A stretch of DNA of 64,000 bases from an uncultured Spirochaetota bacterium (GTDB lineage: Bacteria > Spirochaetota > Spirochaetia > SZUA-6 > Fen-1364). A program made the position numbers and the translations under genes. The notes beneath the pieces were generated by a model. It searched no databases, was not told the origin of the DNA, and saw only the letters and a list, made by a program, of their open reading frames with translations. The DNA lies in contig CAWGAA010000001.1 of assembly GCA_963820525.1 (NCBI GenBank), positions 1,216,001 through 1,280,000 of the forward strand, given 5' to 3'. This document shows positions 37,841 through 47,441 of the stretch, piece after piece; the first letter of the stretch is position 1, and every line of letters begins with the position of its first letter.

Positions 37841-38045
37841 CAGCAGCGTAGGGCTCGCGGTAGCGACAAGCGAGCGGGCAAGGATGTCCGCGAGCGAGGA
37901 GCGTACCGCGATCGAAGCCCCCCTTTTGAGCCACCCCCTCCCAGACGACCACAGGATACCATAGCCGGGGGGGTAAGCGGAGGGGAGGGCCTGGGAGGGG
38001 GAGGCGGCAAGGGGGGCGAGGGAAGCCCGAAGCGTCAAGCCGATT
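37841..38045 (-). repeat. ~200 bp structured non-coding element, copy 2 (inverted relative to copy 1)
   Basis: Minus strand begins ATCGGCTTGACGCTTCGGGCTTCCCTCGCCCCCCTTGCCGCCTCC and aligns with 32644-32850. Confidence 0.85.
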
Positions 38046-38378
38046 CGAGCGGTCCCTCCGAGTATTCTGTAAGAGTGTTGCCACAGTCCGACGCAAAGTC
38101 ATCCACTTGTTAGTTTCCCTTTAATTATGGAGCGCAGCTTACTCTTCCAACCACTTGTGTGTAGCACTCTCTCGAAAGACTCACCGTACTTGCCCGAAAG
38201 GAGGTCAATGCGGCTCTTCTTGCTGAGCTCTTCCCATTCTTCAAACATAACGTAGACTGCATTGCCATATTCTATGTTCTCAAAAACAACAAGATCGTCT
38301 CGCATGAGTGCTCCGAAGTAGCGCCGGAATCCACTGGTTCCGAAAACTAGCTTCTGAGGCTCTAGGGTCATGAAGAAA

Positions 38379-39421
38379 AGGGGGATATTTACTTCGCGGC
38401 ACCTGAAGTGGTATCCTGACGCGTGGCTAATATTAGCTGTTTTGTTCCGCGCGCCGGAATAGACTACCCGAGGAACATTACCGAGTTCCATCAGTTATTT
38501 CCTGATGAGAATAGTTGCCGGCGCTACCTTCAAAACGTTAGATGGAGGGATGGCTTTGTTTGCCATGCATGCGGCAGAAACGGTGATCCTTGGCACGCCA
38601 TGCGCGACGTTTTGTTATGTCCGTACTGTCGCTCTAAAACAAGATTGACAGCAGGAACCGTTTTCGAGGGTACTCGCAAGCCTCTAAAGATGTGGTTTCT
38701 TGCGATGTGGGAGCTGACCAGCCAGAAGTATGGAGCCAACGCGCTTGGACTTCAGCGCGATCTCGGCCTGAGAAGCTACACAACCGCCTGGGCGTGGCTT
38801 CACAAGCTCCGGCGAGCGATGGTACGTCCAGGTCGGGATCGACTTCACGGTCATGTGGAAGTCGATGAGAGCTACATTGGAGGAGAAGAATCCAACGTCA
38901 AAGGCCGCCAGACGACCAAAAAGGCCATCGTTGCAATCGCGGTTGAACTTAACGATGGAAGAATGGGGCGTATACGCCTACGGCACGTAGCTGATATTAC
39001 GGCGAAAAGCCTTCAAAGTTTCGTTACAGACGTTGTAGAACACGGTAGTACCGTGAGAACAGACGGATTGTCGTCATATGTCGGGCTCGATACTCTCAAG
39101 TTCAAGCACGATGTGACCGTGCTTTCAGATTCACATGATCCTGCACACGTCCAGATGCCGAGCGTACATCGTATTGCTGCGCTTCTTAAGCGTTGGCTGC
39201 TGGGTACCCTTCAGGGTTCAGTTAGCACTGAACATCTGCCGTACTATCTTGATGAGTTTACCTTCCGGTTCAACAGGCGTACATCAAATTCCCGCGGGAT
39301 GTTGTTCTACCGACTTCTCGAGCAAGCGTTGCTGGTCGGCCATGTCAGCACAAGGCAGCTTTTCAAGAAAACCGGGCGGGGCGTGCGGCATTCATTAGGT
39401 GCCGTGAAGTAAATATCCCCC
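38379..39421 (+). mobile_element. IS1595 family insertion sequence
   Basis: Terminal inverted repeats GGGGGATATTTACTTC(G/A)CGGCACCT; 8-bp direct repeat TGAAGAAA at 38371-38378 and 39422-39429. Confidence 0.92.
38423..39412 (+). CDS. IS1595 family DDE transposase
   Basis: Zn ribbon CHAC..CPYC, VEVDESY, VRTDG, YLDEFTFRFNRR. Confidence 0.93.
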   Translation: MANISCFVPRAGIDYPRNITEFHQLFPDENSCRRYLQNVRWRDGFVCHACGRNGDPWHAMRDVLLCPYCRSKTRLTAGTVFEGTRKPLKMWFLAMWELTSQKYGANALGLQRDLGLRSYTTAWAWLHKLRRAMVRPGRDRLHGHVEVDESYIGGEESNVKGRQTTKKAIVAIAVELNDGRMGRIRLRHVADITAKSLQSFVTDVVEHGSTVRTDGLSSYVGLDTLKFKHDVTVLSDSHDPAHVQMPSVHRIAALLKRWLLGTLQGSVSTEHLPYYLDEFTFRFNRRTSNSRGMLFYRLLEQALLVGHVSTRQLFKKTGRGVRHSLGAVK

Positions 39422-40140
39422 TGAAGAAATCATACCTATTACCCGCAGAGTCCTTTTCCGCTTTTGAAGCGACCCGACCGCGGAAGAGCCTTTCGATTGC
39501 TTCCTTCCGGGTTCCAGGTGGCAGAATTTCCCAAGACAAATGAAGTGACTTGGTGTACTTCTCCAGCGGCGTCTGGGCGGCCTCCACGCTGCAGGCACCA
39601 ACGCTTTCTTGAAGGAGATTGAGGTTTTCAAAAAGACGTTGCTTAAATCCACGAGAGCCCTTTCTGAGGGTGTGGTTAACCTTGAATGATATTGCATATG
39701 CAGGCAAGCCAGGTTCGGTCGAGATCGGCTGGATAACTATTTCTGTTTCTTGTGGTGGCTTGAATTCCCGCTGGAAGCACTCGTGAGGCAAATCGACCGC
39801 GTGATATCCTTTGTAGGGATCGCCCCAGTTGGGCGTCTCCACGGTTGTATAATGGGTTACTTTCGGTAGACCTTTGCGAATAATCTCCTGGCCGTTGGCA
39901 TTTGCGCGTGAATACCGGCCACGGTCCGCCGGGGGCATTTTCGATGCTGGAGCAGTCAGGCCTTTTGGGCTCAGTCTGATGCCGAGATGTCGCAAGATTC
40001 CTTTGCGCAGCTGAGAAGAACTGAACTTAAGAGCGCAGGCTACCACGATGTCCTCTCCCTCAATTTGATTGAGCTTCTCGATGACCTGCCTGGGAATCTT
40101 GCGGATATTCCGTTTCATGGCCTATGTCTCCTTGTCAGTA

Positions 40141-41181
40141 TTAATGCCAACAGAAGCTTGGTGCGGCCGCGAGCCCAGTCCGAACGCCATCACTTCTCCT
40201 CCACATGGGGGGCAACCCTTTGCGACTCAGGACTTCCCAATGGTTCGTTTTGAGGCCCTTGATCAGTTTCTCAGTCTCCTCTAATGCTTGGAGCAGCTCT
40301 TGGTCGTTTTTCAGGTTTGCCAGCGTAGTCCAAGGATAGCCTTTGATGGTTTCAGCCAGTGCCTGGATGTCCCCGGCAAGACCCGGCCGTCTCTTCGTCT
40401 GAACGGGCCCGAGCTTCAGAAGAGCCGACTCGACTGAGCCGTCGTTCGATAGGAAGTCGTCTCGCGCCACGGGATCTGGCAATATCTGTCGCAGTTTTCT
40501 CACATCCTTGGAGTTCGTCATCTTCTGGTCGTTGACCTTCTTGATGACGGCGTTGAGCACATCTTGAGTTAGCAGTTTTCGGTTGAGGTTCTTGATTTCG
40601 CGGGCCCAAGTGATCGACGTCGATGGGTCAGGCAGATTCGTGAGCTTCTCCGAAAGCTGATAAATCTCCACCAGCTTGTCCAAGTCACGAACAGTGGTGC
40701 CGAGTATATTGGCGGCGCTGGCGCGGCCGACCAAATCGACCAACCGGTAGGCCACCATCTCTTTCTCTTTCGCGTCCCATTCCTTCCTCTGGCGGTGGAT
40801 GTATATCCACACCCTGAGCCGCTCGTCGTCGCTTAGAGTCCGGTCCGTAATTTCTGCGGGGAATGTGCGGTATTGCTCCTTTTTGTTAACCTCGACTAGG
40901 ATCTTCGAGTTGCTCCATCGGCGATCTCCGTCAATGATGCGGAACTTCCCAGGGTGGTCGGGATGGGGCTCAAGCAGGAGCGGCTCGAAGATCCCCTCGT
41001 TCGCTTCGATCTGCCGTTGGAGTTCGGGGTCTTCCTTCGGCCCTAATCGCGGCTGATTCGCGTTTGGTAACACGTCGTCCAAACCAACGGTAGCCCGACG
41101 CGTTCTCAGAATCGTTCGTTCAAGCCGCCTTTCATGCCAGGGACTACCTGGAGGTGCGTTCTCAAGGGATTCTTGGCTCAT
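40141..41181 (-). CDS. ParB/Srx N-terminal domain protein
   Basis: PNANQPR, GIFEPLLL, FRIIDGDRRW. The true end may be ~40227 if one base of a homopolymer is spurious. Confidence 0.8.
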   Translation of the reverse strand: MSQESLENAPPGSPWHERRLERTILRTRRATVGLDDVLPNANQPRLGPKEDPELQRQIEANEGIFEPLLLEPHPDHPGKFRIIDGDRRWSNSKILVEVNKKEQYRTFPAEITDRTLSDDERLRVWIYIHRQRKEWDAKEKEMVAYRLVDLVGRASAANILGTTVRDLDKLVEIYQLSEKLTNLPDPSTSITWAREIKNLNRKLLTQDVLNAVIKKVNDQKMTNSKDVRKLRQILPDPVARDDFLSNDGSVESALLKLGPVQTKRRPGLAGDIQALAETIKGYPWTTLANLKNDQELLQALEETEKLIKGLKTNHWEVLSRKGLPPMWRRSDGVRTGLAAAPSFCWH

Positions 41182-41188
41182 CTGCCCC

Positions 41189-42397
41189 TCACTTCGTGCC
41201 TTCATGCGAAGAAGCCCGACCTTCAATTATCGCGCTAACTTCGGTATCGATCACCCCTACTGCGTTCCGCAGCCGAGTGGCCATCTTTCCTCTCTTCTCC
41301 CAGGTCTTGTCGTGGGTACGTTTCTCCTCAACATCGAGATCAAGTATCTCATTCGACAAGCGTGTGGCTTCGACCAAGTGCTGTCGGAAAACCTCTGAGG
41401 CGATGTATTTATAGAGTTGCTCTTTCTTGTTAGCCTTCTCGGTCTGGCTCAGCTTGAGAGCACTCATGCGGGTCATAGCCTCACGGAGCAGGCGGACGAT
41501 CTCCACCGCCCGAGCACGGTTGACTACGATTACCCCTGTCTCCTTGTCGACGTAAAGCTCCTTCTTTCCCCGGGGGTAGACCGTAGTGGCCAAGACCGCG
41601 TGCTCTGCCTTCTCCGCCATTTGATCTTCACGCAGCTTCGTCACGTACGAGTTCTGCCAGCTATTGCGGTTCTTTGAGTCGATGAGGATAGTCCCACACG
41701 ACTCGCCCCTGTAAATTACCTGGTGGCGTATATCTGCGCCTGGCTCGCCCCTCTTAACGCGCTTAATGTCGTCACGGGCGAATGCATCGCGCAGAGCATC
41801 AAAGACATCAATTTCTGCACCTTCTCCGAGCTCATCCGCGGTTTTGTGTTGCACCTGGCGCGTCAGGGCATCAATCTTCTGCTGGAGCTGCTCGCGCTCG
41901 CGATTGTTCTGGACCTGTACCTTGAGGACCTGCGAGTCGCGGTCCTTTTCCAGAACTGAGCGCTGCTGCTCCAGTTCCTTCTTGTTTGCGGTTTCGAGCT
42001 GCTTCAGCTTCGCAGTGGCCTCGTCCCTCTCTGCCGCGAGAGTGGATAGCTTGCCGCTCGCTTCTTCCTTGACTCGGGCCTCGGCCTGGGCCGCGGCTTG
42101 CTTGCGAACTGCTGCTTCGTTGTCTTGCAGTTCTTTGATTTTCGCGGCTGCCTTGTCCCGCTCGGCGGTTATCTCAGCGAGTTTCCCGTCGGCTTCCTTC
42201 CTTAGCCGCGCCTCCACCTTCTGCATCTTGGCGCTGAACTGCTGCTCCATCAGAGTCCGCTCTTCAGCCAGTTTCTGATGTTCCTCCTCTGCGATTTTGT
42301 TCTTGATCTCGATGAATTTCACCCGCGAAATCGTGGATCCACACCACGGGCACTTCTCTGTGGCTACCCGAGACCGAACAGCGACCTCTGTGCTCAT
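41189..42397 (-). CDS. DUF2130-like coiled-coil protein with a C-terminal nuclease-like domain
   Basis: N-terminal CPWC, long coiled coil, then ELGEGAE..F..D.I..VKRG.PGAD..CGTILIDSKN..W..KLREDQ. Confidence 0.75.
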   Translation of the reverse strand: MSTEVAVRSRVATEKCPWCGSTISRVKFIEIKNKIAEEEHQKLAEERTLMEQQFSAKMQKVEARLRKEADGKLAEITAERDKAAAKIKELQDNEAAVRKQAAAQAEARVKEEASGKLSTLAAERDEATAKLKQLETANKKELEQQRSVLEKDRDSQVLKVQVQNNREREQLQQKIDALTRQVQHKTADELGEGAEIDVFDALRDAFARDDIKRVKRGEPGADIRHQVIYRGESCGTILIDSKNRNSWQNSYVTKLREDQMAEKAEHAVLATTVYPRGKKELYVDKETGVIVVNRARAVEIVRLLREAMTRMSALKLSQTEKANKKEQLYKYIASEVFRQHLVEATRLSNEILDLDVEEKRTHDKTWEKRGKMATRLRNAVGVIDTEVSAIIEGRASSHEGTK

Positions 42398-42559
42398 AAG
42401 GCACCTCCCCTCTCCCTCCTTAGAAGGAGTCAAAAGGAGTATACTACTCCTTTTATGTCCTTGTCAAGTCTTTCTACAACGAAATCTCCGGGGTTCCTTT
42501 CGCCCGACGAAAAGCCAATTGACTGCAATGCCTTGATTGTATGACTATGCTCCATCACC

Positions 42560-43360
42560 ATGCCGGACCCATCGGCCACCAGCAATATCCACGAGAGGAT
42601 CAAAAAAGCCGCCTCCCTCATTCGCTCCGCGCGCTACCTCACCGCCTTCACGGGCGCGGGCATCTCCGTGGAGAGCGGCATCCCGCCCTTCCGCGGCCCC
42701 GGCGGGCTGTGGAACAAATACGACCCACGGATGCTGGAGATCGACTACTTCCTGGCCAACCCCGGGAAGGCATGGCCGGTGATCCGCGAGATCTTCTACG
42801 ACCACTTCGGCCGCGCGCGGCCCAACCGCGCTCACCAGGTGCTCGCCCGCCTGGAGAATGAGGGGTTGGCGCGCGATCCCGACGGCCCTGGCCGCCTCCA
42901 GGTCCTCATCACCCAGAACATCGACAACCTTCATTTTGAGGCCGGCTCGCGGAAGGTCGTCGAGTTTCACGGAAACTCACGGACCCTTGTCTGCATGGCT
43001 TGCCGAAAGAGCCGCCCCGCGGAGCCGAAGTTGCTGGAAGTCCTTCCTCCCCGCTGTCCCTGCGGCGGCATCTACAAGCCGGATTTCATTTTCTTTGGAG
43101 AAGGGATCCCGCCGCGCGCACTGGCGGAGTCGCAGGATGCCGCGCGGAAAACCGATGTCATGCTGGTGGTCGGCTCCACGGGAGAAGTGTATCCGGCCGC
43201 GGGCGTTCCGCGCCAGGCCAAGGACGGCGGCGCCAAAATCATAGAGATAAATCCCTCGATGTCGGAGTTCACAGTCTCCGTGACCGACCTCTTCATCCCG
43301 CTGGGGGCGGGAGAAGCCCTCGCGCTCATCGAGCAGGAGCTCACCGGCACGCAACCATGA
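42560..43360 (+). CDS. cobB: NAD-dependent protein deacylase (Sir2/CobB)
   Basis: [27 protein letters not shown], Zn Cys pairs, FFGE, GST. Confidence 0.92.
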   Translation: MPDPSATSNIHERIKKAASLIRSARYLTAFTGAGISVESGIPPFRGPGGLWNKYDPRMLEIDYFLANPGKAWPVIREIFYDHFGRARPNRAHQVLARLENEGLARDPDGPGRLQVLITQNIDNLHFEAGSRKVVEFHGNSRTLVCMACRKSRPAEPKLLEVLPPRCPCGGIYKPDFIFFGEGIPPRALAESQDAARKTDVMLVVGSTGEVYPAAGVPRQAKDGGAKIIEINPSMSEFTVSVTDLFIPLGAGEALALIEQELTGTQP

Positions 43361-43756
43361 AGGAGAACCTGAAGATGAAGCTCATCGACCTTCGAAGCGA
43401 TACCGTCACCCGGCCGTCGCCGGAGATGCGCAAGGCCATGTACGACGCCGAAGTGGGAGACGACGTGTACGGGGAAGACCCCACGGTGAACAGGCTCCAG
43501 GAGCTGTCGGCCGAAATCACGGGCAAGGAGGCGGCGCTGTTCGTGAGCTCCGGCTCCCATGGGCAACCTCATCCCCATTTACCTCAACTGCGGGCGTGGC
43601 AACGAGCTGCTGATCGATTCCCGCGGCCATGTCATCAACTATGAAATGGCATCTGTGGCAAACATCGCAGGAAGCCTGCCCGTCGCCATCCCCACGGAAA
43701 AGGGAATCCTCGCGGCGGAGCAGCTTGGGGAGCGCATCAGACCGGACATCTATTAA
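43357..43756 (+). pseudogene. ltaE: Low-specificity threonine aldolase, N-terminal third only (frameshift ~43557)
   Basis: [27 protein letters not shown]...YE; ends abruptly. Confidence 0.85.
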
Positions 43757-44257
43757 AATGGCTTGGAACGGCGGGGCGTCGCGAGCTTTTTTGCGAAACA
43801 GCGCGCCCGACTCATCGCCGTCTACAAGTTTGCCGAGGAACGCAATCTCCTTGTTTGCGGGAGCGCCCATAAATCCGAGGACTACGTCGGGCTCTACGTC
43901 AAATTCGGCGTCGACGACGCGGCGGACATCATGCCGCTCAAGTACCTTTACCGGACGCAAATTCTGCAACTTGCCGAACACTTAAACGTCCCTCCGGAAA
44001 TCAGGGCGAGGACGCCCAACCCAGATCTTGTCCCCGGCGTATCGGACAAATACCGCGACATCCTCCATCTCGAATCGGGGAAGCTGGATCTCCTGCTCTA
44101 CGGGATCGAGCGGGGAATGAAGACAAACTTGATCGCCGAGGCCTTAGACATTCCGCAAAAAAAGGTGCTTGAAATCGAGGAGCTCGTCAGGCTCACGGCG
44201 CATATGCGCAATCCGGTCATGGCGCCCGTATTGAACGGAAAATGCCGGATGGCCTGA
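43757..44257 (+). pseudogene. nadE: C-terminal half of an NH3-dependent NAD+ synthetase
   Basis: KQRAR..Y..AE..LVCGS.HKSE..GLYVKFG.D.AADIMPL..LY.TQ; lacks the N-terminal SGGxDS motif. Confidence 0.75.
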
Positions 44258-44509
44258 GTGCCTTGCTCGCGGGGCGGTCGGCTGAGCGCTGTTCGGCACG
44301 ACCCGGTTCCTTCATCCAAAGTGGCTTCTCATATCAATTTTAGTCTGTTACAATAAACGATGGATTTTGCCGTGTGACACAACGAATGGGGTGCAAAAAC
44401 TGTGTGAAGAAAGTTCATCAATTGAAAAAGATTCCATACCGGTTTTTGATTCCATCGTCCGCTCGCTGTCTCATCTGGTTTGCTCGAATATCGATCAAGG
44501 AGTGATACC

Positions 44510-45574
44510 GTGGCGAATGATGTGATTGATATCAACGGCGCGCCTGCGATTACCGGCTTGCTATTCCGCCGCTTCCGCGGCCCGAGCGACTTCCCCCTGA
44601 TGGCCGCAGTGTTCACGGCGAGCGCCGAGGCGGATCACGTGGAGCAGGTCACGTCTATCGAACAGATCGCCTTTAACTATGCCCATCTCGTCAACTCGGA
44701 TCCCGAACGCGACATGATTTTTGCCGAAAAAAACAAAGAGCTGATCGGATACGCGCGCTGCTGGTGGTACGAGGAGGCGAATGGCCCCCATCTGTACGGA
44801 TTCCTGCTGCATCTCCTTCCCGCTTGGCGTGGGAAGGGCATCGGCCGGTCGATGCTGCATTGGCTTGAAAACCGCCTGTGCGTGATCGCCGGCGGCCATC
44901 CCGTATGCTGCGCGAAATTCTTTCAAGCCGTTGCCTCGCAATACGAGAGGGATAAGACCGCGCTCTTGGAACGGGAAGGCTATCAGCCTGTCCGCTTTAG
45001 CTGGGAAATGGTGCGGCAATCGCTGGACGACATTCCCGACTTTCCCCTGCCCGCGGGCCTGGAAGTCCGCCCGTCGCTCCCCGAGCATTACCGGCCTATC
45101 TGGGAGGCCTCCAATGAAGCCTTTCGCGATCATTGGGGTTACGCGGAACCGACGGAAGATCATTACCAGGCTTGGCTCGCCGACAAAACTCTTTTTCAGC
45201 CGCATCTCTGGCAAATCGCCTGGGACATCGCGACGGATCAAGTGGCGGGGCAGGTACGCACATTCATCGACCATGCCCAGCACGAAAAATTCAAACGCAA
45301 ACGCAGCTACACGGAGAGCATCAGCGTGCGGCGTCCGTGGCGCAGACGCGGCCTCGCGCGCGCGCTCATCAGCTTAAGCCTCAGAGCGCAAAAGGAATAA
45401 GGCATGACCGAATCCGCCTTGGGCGTGGACAGCGAGAACCTCAGCGGCGCCACGCGCGTTTATGAGGACTGCGGTTTTCGCGTTGTCAAACAGAATACAA
45501 TTTATCGAAAACCGCTGCCGCTCTCAAATGGGGCCGGAGAATCTTTGGGACAGGCGCGCTGGACAGTACGTTGA
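44510..45574 (+). pseudogene. Tandem GNAT acetyltransferase with an in-frame TAA at 45398-45400
   Basis: WRGKGIG and WRRRGLA motifs; the frame continues after the stop as GMTESALGVDSENLSGATRVYEDCGF. Confidence 0.8.
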
Positions 45575-45627
45575 AGCCGACGACGAATGTGCCGGCATGA
45601 ACGGGCGTCGAGACGATTTTAATGGTA

Positions 45628-46285
45628 GTAAATGGTAGTAACGACTATAGCTCGCGACGGGGGCTTCGAGGAGGTCCAGACAGGAGTTGGCCCCCCAGGA
45701 CAGCAGGGCGGATGCACCTGACGGCGCAGGAAGCGCTGGCGCGATGCGTCGTGCAGGCAGGGCGGGGTGCAGAAGGCGATCGGAGTTTGCGCAAGGGTCA
45801 GTCGGCTGGCGTGAGGACAAGAATCTGGCGCGCGTGGGAACGAGGGGAGAAGATTCAACCCAGGGACGCGGCTTCAAGGCCCGGGGGAGCCGCGCCGGTC
45901 TTGATGAGGTGGCGGAGGATTCTGAGGATCTGCGGGGGATCGGTGATGACGGCGAGGACCCGCATCGGGGAACCACAACGGCGGCAGCGCAGCGGGCTCT
46001 CGCTGTTTGCTGCGCAAACAGCTGCCGCCTATGAGATCGACCTCGTAGATCTTTGCAAGCAGCCGAGCCCAGCCGGAGCGGGACTCCGTGGCGGACACGG
46101 ACAGATTCGGCGTGTCCTGGGGGGGCTGGGCCGAGGTGCAGAGCAGGCCGGGACTGGTGGTCCTTCTTCCAGCCGTCGGGAGCCAGGCGGAGGAGGTGGG
46201 GCTTGCGGGACCATGTGCCACGCGATCGCGAGGAATACAGGCCGTAGCGGCGAATCAACCTGGCCCCCGTGTCCGGAAGGTGTTG
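45628..46285 (-). mobile_element. IS91-family remnant (3' end of transposase plus ~230-bp tail), copy 1
   Basis: Near-identical to 53639-54297; IRRYGLYSSRSRG..WARLLAKIYEVD. Confidence 0.85.
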
Positions 46286-46400
46286 AGAAAGTATAGCTCC
46301 AAACCCTGCAAGAAAACTGCGGGGGTTAATCCTGCCGGTAGATGCATCGTGAAAGAAGATGATATATTCTTCAAGTTCGATTTTCTTTCCGAGGTACATC

Positions 46401-47441
46401 ATGAAAGCAGCCCAACTGACCGCCATCAGGCGATTCGAGATCCGGGAGGTCCCGGACCCGAACATCACAAATGACACCGACGTCCGTATCCGCGTCACCA
46501 CCGTCGGTGTGTGCGGCTCGGACATCCACTATTACACGGACGGCCGCATCGGGACGCAGGTGGTCGAGTTCCCGTTCACCATCGGGCACGAGGCGGCCGG
46601 AGTGGTCGAGCGCACAGGGAAGGCGGTAAAGCGCGTCAAGCCCGGCGACCGCATCGCCATCGACCCTGCTTGTTATTGCGGAATATGCGACCAATGCCGG
46701 GCCGGCCGGGAAAACACCTGCCGCCGGCTCAAGTTCCTGGGCTGTCCCAAGCAGCTCGACGGCTGCCTGAGCGAATACATCGTCGTGCACGAACACTGCT
46801 GTTTCCCGATTCCGCGGGGCATGACCTTCGAGCAGGCCGCGCTCTCCGAGCCCCTCGGCATCGCCGTGTATTCCGTGGAACGCACCTTTCCCGGCCGCGG
46901 CGCGACCGCGGGCATCCTCGGCCTCGGTCCTATTGGCCTGTCCGTGTTCCACGTGCTGCGCGATCACAAGGCCGGCGACGTCTTCGTCACGGACAAAATC
47001 CCCGGGCGCCTCGTCTTCGCGAAGGATCTCAAGCCGAAGTGGAGCGGCCGGCCGGACCAGACCGAGGTGGCGAAGGAGATCCTCGCACGGGAGCCTTTGG
47101 GCCTCGACCTCGTCTACGAGTGCTCAGGAGATCCGGCGGCCGTCGCCCAGGGCATCCGGCTGTGCAAACCGGGCGGCCGGCTCGTCATCATCGGCATCCC
47201 GGAAGTCGATGACATCGTCTTTCCCATCCACGAGCTGCGCCGGAACGAAATCACCGTCTACAACATCCGCCGCCAGGCGAACTGCACCCGGAAAGCCATC
47301 GACCTGATCGCGAAGAGACGGGTGAACCTGGATTCACTGGTAACGCACCGCTTTCCGCTCGAGCGGACGCAGGAGGCCTTCGACCTCGTCGCCGGCTACC
47401 GCGATGGAGTGATGAAGGCGATGATCACGATCGGGCAATGA
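46401..47441 (+). CDS. Zn-dependent polyol (sorbitol/xylitol-type) dehydrogenase
   Basis: GVCGSD, GHE, CGICDQC..C, GLGPIG. Confidence 0.92.
   Translation: MKAAQLTAIRRFEIREVPDPNITNDTDVRIRVTTVGVCGSDIHYYTDGRIGTQVVEFPFTIGHEAAGVVERTGKAVKRVKPGDRIAIDPACYCGICDQCRAGRENTCRRLKFLGCPKQLDGCLSEYIVVHEHCCFPIPRGMTFEQAALSEPLGIAVYSVERTFPGRGATAGILGLGPIGLSVFHVLRDHKAGDVFVTDKIPGRLVFAKDLKPKWSGRPDQTEVAKEILAREPLGLDLVYECSGDPAAVAQGIRLCKPGGRLVIIGIPEVDDIVFPIHELRRNEITVYNIRRQANCTRKAIDLIAKRRVNLDSLVTHRFPLERTQEAFDLVAGYRDGVMKAMITIGQ

Larger units (their letters stand above)
38099..40118 (-). pseudogene. ~320-aa hypothetical protein split by the IS1595
   Basis: Removing the IS and one TSD copy rejoins ..GNRYDFF to MTLEPQKLVFG.. 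in frame. Confidence 0.8.

Noticed and set aside
42560..43360. Sir2 gene as a Thoeris ThsA or other defence NADase
   Set aside because: It has the complete CobB deacylase layout with a zinc-binding insert, no fused sensor domain, and metabolic neighbours.
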